Both the position numbers and the translations under genes were made by a program. From the NCBI GenBank assembly GCA_051362555.1, contig CM120640.1:34801967-34865966 (forward strand): a DNA stretch of 64,000 bases, in the 5' to 3' direction. How positions within the stretch are numbered: the stretch's first letter is position 1; the number at the start of each line of letters is the position of its first letter. This document shows, piece after piece, positions 34,591 to 47,480 of the stretch. This DNA is from Lingula anatina. Its lineage: Eukaryota; Animalia; Brachiopoda. The notes beneath the pieces were generated by a model that saw only the letters and a program-made list of their open reading frames with translations, searched no databases and was not told the origin of the DNA.

Positions 34591-36665
34591 CTAAACAATT
34601 CTACCAATGTATTCAGTCCCAGGAAATTTTTTTAGTAATTGTGGCCATTGAACTAATATATGATCAGCAAAGTAATATAAGATTCTGGCTGATAGAGAAA
34701 GACTTTCCACTCTGCAGATGCTCTCAACATAGATGATGGAAACATCCTTCATTCCTGTCAACTGAAAATATAAATTATGTGCATCTTTTTTGGTCAAGAC
34801 AGTTAGTACTAAATATCTGATAAAGCAATCTGCTAATTGTACAAAACAAAAACCAATTCATTTTATATTGGTTTAATCAATTGCTACCATTTATCTAAAT
34901 GAAATGTAATGTGGCAGCTGAAACACAAACATGGCTAATATATAAATTGAGAGTTTCTTTACCTTTAAAAGAAATGCAGCAAAGCACAGTGGAATACATG
35001 TTCCTGGACCATTGCACAATAACTGTAGCAAAAACAAACAACTCAAAAGACCTCTAGTGACTATAAAAATTACTTCATCAAAGAAAAGATTTCTTATTTC
35101 AGGAAATTATAAATACACTGCAATGTTTTAAGCTTGGGACATCTTTCCTTTTGAACCATAATTTAAAACAAAAATTTTCACGTCTCTACACCTTTCACAT
35201 AAAAGTACATATTCACAAATATCAACAAATTTGTTTACAGTTTAAACTTTTTTTCATTACAGACAAAAATAATGGTTATATAACTTACCAAATCTGGTCT
35301 GCTTTTAAATACTATAGGGAAACAATACAAGCTTGCATATAATGTAGTCATTACTGTGGTTATCCAAGACTGATGCACTTCTCTGCTTCTTGGCACCTTG
35401 GTTATAAAATACTGAAAGTGTATCAATATTGCATCATTACATCATAAGCTGTCTAAATTAACAACTTTTATTTTACAGCAAAAAATTGTTGAACTTTTAA
35501 AATACCACTTACAATTGGTATATAAGCTATATCTCAAAATACATACTTGAGAATTAAAACCCATTTTTGCCTCAGCTGTTTTGATTCTGTCTTCACTCAT
35601 TGTGTCTGTATTGGCTACTATGTATTCTCTAGGAGAATATCTATTTTTGCCCCTGTTAGTGTCTCTTGCAAAACTAGGTTCTGGTCTGCCTGCAAGCCCA
35701 GACACCAGAGAAAGGATTTCAGCGGTATGTCCACCTGTAAATATATGTTCAATATTCTTAGACAATGAATATGAATGAAAAGAACATTCTTCCAGTTAAA
35801 AAAGTTAAAAATGTATTAATATTTTCACTGTTGGTCTTAACCAATCACTGATATAACTTCTAGACACATTTCATGCTAGATTCTACAAATTTTTATTGGT
35901 CTCAGTAAAATAGAACTTCCATAGATATTTTACTAAAATCGAGCAACATAACTGTGTGTGACTCCTAAAAATGTTATCTCTAAAACATAATTAAAATAAT
36001 CAAATACAGACACAGAGACACTTATTCCTAATGTTTAACTGATGGAATAGGATACTCAGTATATGGTTAAATACTGGGGTTTCATCAAAATAAAGGGAGT
36101 TTTGAATTTTGTAATGTTAACAGTCACTTGGGTCTCATCTCTCTCCTTGTATAATTAAAATCTGAGACTGTGATACAAATCCACACTTCTGCTCAGTCTG
36201 CATAAGATAAAGTAAGTCACTACATAATGTAATTAGAAACTTTTTTTCTGCATGTGAAGTTAAAAGTCTCGGTCACCTGTGCAATGGTAATTGATACTCA
36301 TATGTTGTACATAATATGATATTATCATAAGTCACAGTGTATTTCTAATTATCAATCTCCATAAACTTCTATTTATGGGTTTTTATATCCACTATTCTAA
36401 CAAGCAAAATAAAAGAAGAAAACATGAATAAGGGTACATGTACCAGACACAAGGGAATGAGTGCCACTGAGTCAGAGAAACAAAGGAGTAAATTACCGGA
36501 TCCTGCTATAATCATGGTTTTAACTTCGGAATTAACCATATTTCTGTACGGCAGATTTCCCATTCTCCCATTATGTATTCTTTTGATGACTGAAAATGTT
36601 CTTGCGAGAAGCAACACGAGAATAATAGGCAGGAAGACTGCCAGCACGATCAAAACATCCGCCAT
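34591..36665 (-). CDS. ALG14: UDP-N-acetylglucosamine transferase subunit ALG14
   Basis: Exons (minus strand) 36665-36497, 35734-35547, 35411-35289, 35022-34963, 34761-34591. N-terminal TM helix, then AGSGGHTAEIL, YSPREYIVANTDTMS, VPRSREVHQSW, LCNGPGTCIP, YVESICRVESLSLS, VQWPQL. Confidence 0.95.
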
Positions 36666-37917
36666 AACATTAACCTTGACCTCGAGGGAGTACCTGTTAA
36701 TAACGACATAAATAATGCCTGTTTATAGTTTGTATTGACTAAGATAATACCCTTGTTTATTTCAGCAATCATGTAGTCATTTAATTATCTATCCATATTA
36801 TATGTTAATGTCAATTACTTTAAATAACTTTCCATATGGCAAATAAAAACATACACGACAACCGATTTACGTTAAGGTAATTTCAGGTTACGTTGATTTC
36901 AGACGACGGTCGGAGTACAAGAGTCGAAGTCCACAATGAAGATATACTGGTAGGTGGCAGAACTTTGTTTTTGTACGTATATGGTGGAGAGTATTTTATT
37001 TAAACTTGAGTTTTACTGCATAGACTGCTTTTTCCTAGTTTTTGACGAAGATGTGCAATATGCATTGTTCTATCGATCATCCAACATACTGTGCTTGTAG
37101 CTGTGGTTTGATGTACTGGTACTCTAGTACAATGCACTGTATATATATATGATATGCCCCCAGAAGTAATGTTAGGGTTATTGCTCGTGCATGATATTAC
37201 ACGTGTATGTATTTTTTTTTTTTTTTTTTTTTTTTTGGACTTTAATGATAGTATACTCACACTGAACTGCTTCAGAAAAAGGCTGTGTGGTTGAAGTCAA
37301 ATGAAAAAAAAATGGGGGGAAAAAAAGGCAAATATATTGTAGTTTGTATCTCTACAAAGTAATGGTTGAATTATAGGAAATCTTTAATCCTGGTAATTTT
37401 TGTACTTCAGTTTATGTTTAAAAATATCATTTTCATAAACTTTAAAATCGTGTACTGTATATAATCATGTGCAAAAATAGAATTTTTGACTATATTTAAT
37501 AAATGAACTTTTGGTAAAAAAAAAAGCCAGAAATGTTTAAACCTCTGCGTAACAAGCGCTGTTGAGTGTTGATATCTTATCCTGAATAATGTACAAAGTA
37601 AGCATCTATTATTTAATCTACATCAAAATCAGTATTGGTAAACATCATGAGGGCCTTGAATCATAAATGAGTATGGTAAGCCATATTGCAGATAGTGACT
37701 TATTAGATTTACTTAATGTCATTTTTTTCATACTTGTTTTTATAATTCAACTATAATTATTTTGGTAAAGAATGGTATATCCTTAATTGTTTTGGTCAAG
37801 CTCAGTGAGCTGTTTGTTGATTTTTCCAAAAATCTATGTGTATATTTATAATTATATTATTTTTCTCTGTGTTCTTTTTCTATTTCAGTGTTGGTTACTC
37901 ATGACAAAAATAAAGAA

Positions 37918-40900
37918 ATGTCCCAGAAGATGATAATGGATGCACCAGTCTCATTTGCCTACTACCCAACAGCTTTGATAAGCTGTGTGATATCTTCATT
38001 ACTGTTCCAGTATTGTGGGAAAATACTTGCCAAGTATATGAACCAGTTTTCCAAATCACCGCTCCATGTTCAGATTGAACTCCAAACATTGTGAGTATTA
38101 CACCAGTGTTGTTCCGTGATATATCCGAATGGTTTTGCAAAAAGAACTCCTCTTTACAGTAGTTGAAGCACCTGTCCCCTAAGAGTCAATATAAAATTTG
38201 CCTTATAATTCTTCAGACTTTTAAAATAATATTTGTATTACTGCATTATAGGTATCATTTGTAATGTTATTGTATTTTGAAGTATAGAGAGATGTCCAAG
38301 GTAACATCTCACCATTTACTGGTAGAGCTCAATAAATTATAATTATTTTCTTAACTCATTTACTGGTAGAGCTCAATAAATTATAATTATTTTCTTAACT
38401 CATTTACTTGTAGAGCTCAATATATTATAATTATTTTCTTAACTCACAATCTGGTACAACATGTTTGATAAAATAAGTGGTTGTGTTTTCTTAAATTAAA
38501 ACAAAAAATGAAATGCATAGCTGCATGGCTAGAAGTGTTTATACGGTATGCATACTTGTTTGTTTTATTTATAGTGTATGACTTGTACATAACGTGCGTG
38601 GGAATTAAGTGCAGTATACTGTTTAAGATATTTTTGATACCCAATAACCCTCATGACATGGCATGAAGCCAAATAAAACCTGAATCCCCGTTGATCTTAT
38701 TGTTTGTCAAGTATAAACACTAATATGATAGTGTTCTATTGAAAACAATTCAAAGTTCAACAGCTTTGCTCCCAGGCTGTTGTATATATTTTAGATTGTG
38801 TCCTGATATCTATTTCCCTTATATATATATATATATATTGGTAAAACCTGTAGGTAAAACTATGTTCAATGCAATTATTGTTTTTCGTTGTCTTTCCTCT
38901 TTAATTTATTAACTTTCTTTTTGAAATGTATTCTCATATTTATGTGCATATAACTTAAAATTTTTTAAAGTAAGTTGATCTCAAAATGGCACATGTTGAA
39001 CCAAGGTTCTTTTTTTCACTTCTACACTTCCATCAATTTATGCAATACGGAGTCGTTAAATTTGATAAGTACATGTGATGAATTATTAGTAGCCTAATCT
39101 TCTTATAATTTAAACTGCTGATTAAGCTAGGCTTTGATTAGTTCTTGAAAAGGCATAGTTTATTGAATCCACTTTGACATTTAAAGTATATAGTGCAGCT
39201 GTTATTAACCCAAACAAGTATAATTATTAAGTCCATAGGATTTGCAAAATTGGATCAAGTAGGGATTAATGTTAATGCTAAAACTGAAAAATAGTAACAG
39301 GTGCATTTCCACATTTGCTGGCTATGTTATTTTTATGAACTTAATATACAGGAGTTGGAAAATCTTGTTGCTGTATATCAGGTGTGTATCCAAGTTTGTG
39401 TGTTTTCTGTAGACTGAATCTGTCAGACAGTGGTGGGCTTGAATAATATGAAGGAAAACAATGTCACAGGTCTATTTATTTATTTGCAAGTCCAAGCAAA
39501 GTGTTTTAAATTCTTGTCCGTAACTTGAATAAACCATTGCCTTCATACTTCCCCTCCTCCTTACAGTTACATATTTTTGTAAAGAGAAAGAATGAAATTA
39601 AACAAATCCTTTTGTTTGCAGATTTGTATCTGGAGTCCATGCCATAATTGTGTCATTTAGTGGCCTTTATGTCCTGCTTACAGATGAGAGGACAATGAAA
39701 GATTCAGTGTGGTAGGTTCATTTTTATTACATTAGAATTTAGCAAGTCACTCTAATGTTTTTTTCCCCACTTTTCCTGAAGTCTTGTGTAGGGAAAGTTA
39801 TTCCATAATGCATCATATTATCATATGTTTCCTACAGAATGACAGTGCCTTTGACAAAAAATGTGTATGGATAGATGTGAAATTTCACAGCATTGCTGTG
39901 AGATTTCAATCAATAAAAAATGTGATTATATTACTTTTTTTTCTAATGTAGGGGTGACTGCCCACAGGTTCGTCATACTTGTGCCATAGTAGTTGGATAC
40001 TTGGTTTCAGGTAGTATCATTTGAACAGTACCAGTTATTGTTATAAGTAGTGAAATGTAAAAAAAAAAGAAGAAATTTTAGTACGAACTCTCCATTGAAA
40101 TATACATGTGTATGGTATTAAAGCCAAAAGGGTTCAATATTATGTTTTGAAATGTACAAAATATTCAACCAGTTCTAAGTACTAGTATATTTATATTGTC
40201 TTTTAAAACTCCTGTTTCATATTTTTCAGATTTTATCATAATGATCATTTATTACAAAGAAATTGGAGGGTATTTTTACTTTATTCATCACCTTGCGTCC
40301 ATATATGCTTATGTATATGTAATAGTGAGTATGCCATTTTTGTTTCAATTATCAAATGCATATAAATTACTGATATAATATGGCATATTTACATAATAAA
40401 ATTAAGAAATGCCCACTTATGTTGTGTAAAACTTTTTTTTTCAAAGTTAATTCTACATTATACCCTTGTATTAAATGAAAAAAAAAAAACTTGTCCAGTT
40501 TGTGGAAACCTGTTGAAGTCAGCTGTTGTATACGATTTATTGCTTGTAAAAGCCATTCATTTTGTTAAGTAGTTTAACATTTGCTCAGTATATTTGGAAT
40601 GTATTGTGGTTATGAGTTCACACGGGTTTTGGTTCTTCTGACTCATGATGTAAATGGAATATACATTTATAATATTTATAATATTGAGCAGAAATACCTG
40701 AAATGTAAAATGTCAAATGCTTGTGTAACATGCAATACATGTTAGTTATGTTTCTAAAATGAAAAAAAAGGTTGTTGTTACTTACAAAGACATCTTTTCA
40801 TCTCTCTTTAATGTATGAGATTTATACTAGTACCTGCTCAAAAATAATTGACTTTATATCTACTCTTTTTAGACCTTCGGAGTATTGGAGTTCTTTGCCA

Positions 40901-41511
40901 ACTTTCGTCTTCTTGCCGAATTTTCAACACCATTTGTAAATATGAGGTAAACTGTTTCTACATACCATAGTTAATATTTAATATCAAAATATTTGATTAG
41001 CTAACATCATTTGGAAAATTAAATACTTCACTTTGTCACTTCTTAAAAGTATTTGCAGAGCCTTACTTTGTCTGTTTTTCAACTTCAACTCATAAATATA
41101 ATGTTACTATAATTTATAGGCGGAGAATAACAATAAAAAAGCAATGAGCTGTTAAAATAAAATGTTTGTATGTGTGTGTGATCATGCTTTTTCCATAACA
41201 GGAGATTTTTGGAAGTAGAAGGCTACCCCAAGTCATCCAAACAGGTTTTGGTGAATGGCTTTTCCATGGTGATCTTCTTCTTTGTAACACGTGTAGCTGT
41301 CATTCCGCCCTATTACTGGATGGTGTATAGTATATATGGCACCCCAGCATATGAGAGCATAGGCCATGTCCAGTATGTTCTGGTCGGCTCTTGTGCTGTT
41401 CTGGACATCTTAAATGTGATTTGGTTCTTCAAGATGTGTAGAGGTGCTCACAAAGTTTTGAAATCGCAGAAATTAAGACAGAACAATATTGAAGATAGGA
41501 AAGCTGCGTAG
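37918..41511 (+). CDS. TLCD4: TLC domain-containing protein 4 (TMEM56-like)
   Basis: Exons 37918-38090, 39622-39711, 39952-40010, 40230-40324, 40873-40946, 41202-41511. TLC motifs VSGVHA, GYLVSD, FIHH, NFRLLAEFSTPFVNMR, FFVTRVAVIPPYY, LDILNVIWFFKMCRG. Exact start codon uncertain. Confidence 0.88.
38313..38444. repeat. 44-bp tandem repeat, three copies, in a TLCD4 intron
   Basis: CATTTACTGGTAGAGCTCAATAAATTATAATTATTTTCTTAACT at 38313, 38357, 38401. Confidence 0.95.
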
Positions 41512-43454
41512 CTGACAATATAAAGTATTTGCTTGAAGGAAAAATGGTATTGATTGTTATCTCACTGTGATTTATATGTACATGTATCATGCCTATAGAA
41601 TTGGGTACATTGGAGTATTAGGCACTTACAATTTTTTTTTACTTTTACAAGTAGTGTATAATTAGTAATAATTTATGGGATTTGGGTTTATTTCTTATAA
41701 CTGTTCAAAACTTTTTGCAAGTATTTACTTTAAAATTTACCTATGGAATGTTTAATGGTACTGTATGTAACAAGTATTAGGTATATATACCGGTATATAA
41801 AAGAATAGTGCTGATAACTGTAAAAAAATGTGACCAATGATTCCTATATTGCAGATGAAATCTTTAAATTAAAATTAAAAGATATATCATTTCACAAATC
41901 TTGTAGCTTAGTAGACTGCCATTTTTGAGAATGGTAAAATTCATATGTTAGTCAACTTACATGTTTGTCACTGGTGTCATTGTGTGAGTTGTCACTAATT
42001 TGGCGTATTACAGTATACATGTACATGTACCTCAGTATGAATAATAATGATTAAATGGGACATCCAGTCATAGGTTTAGGAATCTCTTTCTATTGCAAAA
42101 CCAAGTTGTTTACAAATTGTTTTTTAAATAACCAAGCAAAGTATATACATCATATCAAAACCCTCTATTTATTTTAAAAGATGTGCACATAGATCTACCA
42201 ATTTTGTACTGTTACATTCACAATTGAGAAAGATAAAAATAAAATTGATGAAAAATCACCTTGACATGATCTGTGTTTAATTCAGAATAATGTGTAACAG
42301 TGGTCTATATTTATAAAATAAACACTGACAGTTTTGTTGGAAGTGCTGAAGTTTATTACATCTGAAAGTGTAAAAAATGTCATTCCAAGACACATGACCA
42401 ACATCTTTCCAACAGTATGACACACCAACCACTCTTAAATAGTAAAGATAATTGAGCAAATGAAATAAAAATATGATTAAAGTGTACCTTTACTAATTAT
42501 GGTGAAACAATTTTAAAATCTGCATCTACACTAACATGTACATATTAATTTAACAATTCATAATAAGAAGTATAACAGTTACGCTAACTCTCATTGATTT
42601 TCCTTTCAAAGCATTAATCATATCCTTTACCAAAGAAGTTGCTACATAATTACAGTAATGTTTAAAAACCGGTGACTTTGTAAGCCCATAGGGCTGGGTT
42701 GTTACATATATATTCACATTATTGTATTATGTATTATATTTGTATATATTCGGCATTGTCAAGAAAATAAATCAATTTAACTAACTAACTAACTAAAATA
42801 TGTGTATCTTGATTGAAAATAATACTGCTTTGCTTGTCTATATGGAGGAGAAGTCCAAAGTCTTATGGTACCCTGAAAGATAGTGGTTTCCTGATATTAC
42901 ATGTACTATCTACAAGGCTGCTTCAACTCTAACAGAAGAACAGTGGACCACAAAGTTTTGGACTTCAACAAGAGCAAGTGAGGTGGATTTACCTTGAGGC
43001 ACAATTAATGCCCTGGTTTTCCTTGCCACAGGAGACAAGGGGCATCATTTTCGATGAGATGCAGGTATAAATTTCACTTAATAAACATGTAAGCAAATTT
43101 AATTATTGATAACAAACTCTATATAACAATGATATTGTACGCTGGCAATTTTGTGGTCAAACAAAGCAAGTTTTGCATATATACATAAATAAACAAAGAT
43201 TCAAATATATACATAAGTAAAAAAAAAAAACATTTTAAATTTTTTTCAAAATGGCACCCCTAATGAGTCTTCAGGCTAAAATGTACATAGACTGTAAAAA
43301 TGTTATCCTTTACCAAGTCTTGATTAGTATATATGCTAGTGTCCATCCCTCCTCCTGCCTTCAATTTTCATAAAAAAATAGTGATACCACAATACAGTAT
43401 ATCAGTGGTAAAAAAAGGGACCCTGACAATGTACATAGTGACAGCTTCCGTCTA

Positions 43455-43936
43455 GATAAAGGCATCAGACAAGGATGCATTCTTTCTCCTCATACTCAGA
43501 ACAAATTATGAGAGAGATGGACATCAAAGAACTAGGTGTTATAACTGGACGAAAACGAATGTCAAATATGTGTTTTGTAGAAGATACAGTGCTTGTAGAG
43601 GACAGACAAGAGAGGATAGGAGAATTTTGTTGAAAAAGTGGACACAGCTGGAAGGAAAAGGCACCCAAACATGAATGCAAAGAAAATGTAATCAATGACA
43701 GTATGAGGCAAGAAGGCAGAAATTAAGTCCATCTTAACATTTTAAGTATTTGGGTGCTGTAAAAATGGTCTATGGAAACTCAACAAAGTATGTTAAAATG
43801 AGAATCGGAAGGGCAAAAGGTGAGGGCCAAAACAAGTGAACTTGTTAATATCTGGAAGGACAGAAGTATCCCAAGTGTTAAAGGTGAAATTTGTTAAGAC
43901 TTTGATATGGCCAGTGCTCAAGTACAGGTGCAAAGG

Positions 43937-43994
<58 letters not shown>

Positions 43995-44200
43995 GAATGA
44001 CAGTGCAGTGTTTTTGAGGAACTCGTACTTAATCATGAATTAATGAACAAGACCAAAGCAAGGAAGTTTGTTTTTTTGGGTCACCAGCTGTGAATGAAAA
44101 AATCAGACCCAATTATATCAACATTTCAAAACATCCCAATAAATAAATAAATAAGGAAGACCAGTTCACATACAAAAATGGACAAGAAAAAGTTCCAACA
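43455..44200 (+). mobile_element. Decayed RTE-clade LINE reverse-transcriptase fragment
   Basis: GIRQGCILSP, YSEQIMRE, SNMCFVEDTVLVE (degenerate NLRFADD), FKYLG, MRIGRAK, IWKDRSI, VKTLIWPVLKY across several frames. Interrupted by an A-run at 43940-43993. Confidence 0.8.
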
Positions 44201-44921
44201 GATGACTGTTGATAGAAGCAAATGATGTGATTGGATATTGAAATTTTGAGCATTATCACTTTTAAAACACTACTAAGTAAATACTAACCATGGTCTATCA
44301 GTTTATTCAAAGAAACAAAAAAAAAAAAAAAAAAAAAATCAGATTCAGATGGATAAATATTTGGAATTTTGCAAAAATATTTTTTTAAAAATGAATGGTA
44401 AATGAATTTGAAACCATGTACTGAATAAAAGATTATAACAAGTTAACTGAATGATTTTTCTTCTTTTCATAAGATGAACGGTGCCCTTGATACTCCTCTG
44501 CATTTCTTTTTCAGATGCCCCTCACTCAATTTAAGGTACCCTCCCCTCTACCCAAAAATAAATGAAATACTACATGAACGTAAGACCTCTTTTCAAACAC
44601 AAAAAGAAGTTGTCACTATTTCTCTATGGTCATGGATCTCTATAAACTACCCAAAATGAAATGATCTTCGAAACTATTGCAAATTTTCTACTCGAAAACC
44701 TTGGCATCACTCAATAAGTACTATCTGTTCTCTACTTGACCTAACTGATTTCATTTTATAATTTCATGTAATTTTCTTTGTTATTAATGTAATCCATATT
44801 GTATTTAGTGGTGTTGTATACGTAAATTAGTTACGATCCTTTTCTTCTCAATTTTCTTTTCTTTTTTTCTGTATTTAATAATTTCTGGTAACTTTTGTGT
44901 TTCAATACTGAAATCTTTGAA

Positions 44922-44922
<1 letters not shown>

Positions 44923-44978
<56 letters not shown>
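44923..44978. repeat. (TA)n microsatellite
   Basis: Direct reading. Confidence 0.95.
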
Positions 44979-44983
<5 letters not shown>

Positions 44984-45800
44984 GTAGAGCACTTTTTCAT
45001 AGTGTATTGACTTTATTCTCCGAGATCTACTATTCACTATGGAAAGAATGAACTTCGGCTATTCTCTCAAGAATATACCTCTAGCTGACCATAAGGAGTA
45101 CATAAAAAGACTGATCGAAAAAACGGAAGATGTGATAAAAAGAATGCGATGGAAGGCGTTTTTCTATCTACAGCCAGAACAAGCTCCCGACTCTAAAAAG
45201 GAAACATATGGCTTTAAATCCAGGAATACTCCACCACAAATTGAGGAACTTAAAAAGTTTGAGCAGGACTTACTACGTATGATAGAAAATATAAAATTTA
45301 GAAAAGTAAAATGTCAATTTCAATCTAAACTCAATGAAGATGTCAAAATGATAAATACATCCGATAAACTCTTGATACCCGCTGACAAAACAAGCAATTA
45401 TTACAAAATGGATGTAAGTGACCGCGAAAAACTGCTCCGAGATAACACCACTGCTAAATATAGCAGAGCACCAGATGAAACTAAAAATAAGATCAACAAC
45501 GAAGCTAAACTCATCGCAAGCGAACTTGAGTTAGATGACAGCATTGAGATCCAAGGTGAGAATGAAGCTTTTATCACAGTAAAAGACCACAAAGACAATT
45601 TTCCAAGCAACGTACAATGCAGACTTATAAACCCGTCCAAAAGCAATATCGGGGTAATAAGCAAGAAAATACTAGATAGAATTAACAAAGAGCTACTGAT
45701 AAAAACAAGAGTTAACCAGTGGAAAAACACCGTTTCGGCTATAAATTGGTTTAAAAAACTCTGTTTTTTGGCAAGCAGTATCAAATTTACAAATCTCTAG
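44979..45800 (+). mobile_element. Penelope-like retroelement, N-terminal ORF fragment (probably Naiad-type), truncated before the RT core
   Basis: ORF 45039-45800 with FGYSLKNIP, IKRMRWKAFF, YGFKS, LIPADKTSNYY, AFITVKDHKDNF, CRLINPSKSNIG, NQWKNT..AINWF. The ADK, K.HK and R.I motifs precede PLE RT domains. Homology ends near 45757. Confidence 0.8.
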
Positions 45801-46109
45801 AGCTTAACAGTAAGTTAAAATTTTTTGTCATTATTTAAAATTAAGCTTTGAAAATGTAGAAAAGTTTAAAACTGAAAAGAACAGCAGACAACTTTTAATT
45901 CTATGCAAGAGTTTTGAGAAAGTTTGCCACAGAACACATCTGTGAATCTCTAGTGTTACGGAAAGATTAGTAATATACAGTTATGATAAAGCAATTTTAA
46001 GTTCATTCAATTCTACTGGCAATCAGCCTCATTTTCTCTTAAGTGTATCTTATTGTTTTAACCCAGTGTTTTGATTTTTGAGAACATTGTGTCTTGTTTT
46101 GAGAATTGG

Positions 46110-46768
46110 GATGACTGTATTGTTTTATCAGATGGGGCAAAACATTGCGTTGGATTGACGCTTAGTGTCAGCGACAGTTACTCAACTTCCCTACTTAATG
46201 AACTCTGCCAATAGTGAACACATTCAACACCGTAACTGAGCAGTTTTTGCGTCCAGCTGCTATATAAGCTGGACGTTTTCTACAGCGGTATGCAGTGCAG
46301 CATCAACACACTCCGACGACCACAGCTTGTAGCAACGACAGGTAGCTCGACAGAAGAGGTTCTCTCCAGCGCCTTGCACCGGCCTACGACTCCGCGGTCA
46401 CCCCGGCGGCTCGACAGCAGCGGTTCTCTCCAGCGCCTCGCACCGGCCTACGACTCCGCGGTCACCCCGGCGGCTCGACAGCAGCGGTTCTCTCCAGCAC
46501 CTCGCACCTGCCCACGACTCCGCGGTCACCCCGGCGGCTCGATATCGGTCTACTCGACTCCTGCGCCACTCATCTGCCCACGACCCAGCAGTCATCCCGG
46601 CGGCTTACGACAGTGGTATCTCGATAGCAGTCCAACCGACAGCGATCCATTTCGATTTGGTTTAATTTTATTTTCATTCAATTTTTGTAACCATTTATTC
46701 GCTATTAAATTAATTATTTATTTATTTTCTTTGTTCTTGTTGCTTTTATCACCGTCTCGTCATCAACA
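46110..46768 (+). repeat. GC/CpG-rich, solo-LTR-like element with 64-bp tandem repeats
   Basis: TATATAA at 46261, units starting 46358, 46422 and 46486 plus degenerate copies, ATTAAA near 46704, ends ...CATCAACA. TSD not found. Confidence 0.5.
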
Positions 46769-46879
46769 CTTAGTATGCCATTCATGATGTAAGGGTTTGC
46801 GCCTGCTGCAAAAGATATGACCGTTCATTAATATGAGTTGAGTATTTAAGTGACTAGTTGTAATAAGAAAGTTTTGAAA

Positions 46880-47480
46880 ATAGCAGTAGTACAGTTCAAC
46901 TCTGTAAAATCTTCCATGAGTGCACAAGGCAGGATGCACTGCCACCCTTACCCCAGAACATCCATAATGTGGATGTCAATGGACAGTGGGCCCAATCCTG
47001 GCTTCAAGAACAGTTTCTTCTACACATTAATGAGGACCGGGGCATCTGCCTTTTTGCCACCCAAGAAAACATCAGAGTTTTGCAGCACTGTCAGAATATA
47101 TATTCTGGATCTGACGTCCCATATGGGTGAATACCATGTTTTTTTTCTTCCCCTAGTTTTTACATTGATGAGCCAAAGAACTATAGGCCACTACTGCGAG
47201 GTATTCATGCAGACAATTGAAACAATGGGTACGCCACGTAACTAGACGTCGACTACGACTGACAACTGCTGTGTGCGCCTTTGATGCAGCTCTACACGCC
47301 GCCATAAAAAATTTTCATGAGAAACTGTGCCGCGGGAGAATGTTATTGAGGTGAACAATAATTTGTTTGACAATGTGGATGTATTAAACTTTAAAGCGAG
47401 GAGGAGGATGTGGCGATAGGCCTGACTGCCCGAGGTGGCATTTATTGACATACATGTGTGCACCATCCATCAACTTCAAG
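46880..47480 (+). mobile_element. Highly decayed MULE-like transposase fragment
   Basis: LPLVFTLMSQRTIGHYCEVF followed out of frame by a T.DY[D/E]-like motif resembles the MULE core (PLV.ALM....Y..VF). Many stops. Confidence 0.45.

Noticed and set aside
46290-46787. 165-aa Pro/Arg/Ser-rich ORF
   Set aside because: Runs through 64-bp repeats that change frame each unit. GC-richness explains the lack of stops.
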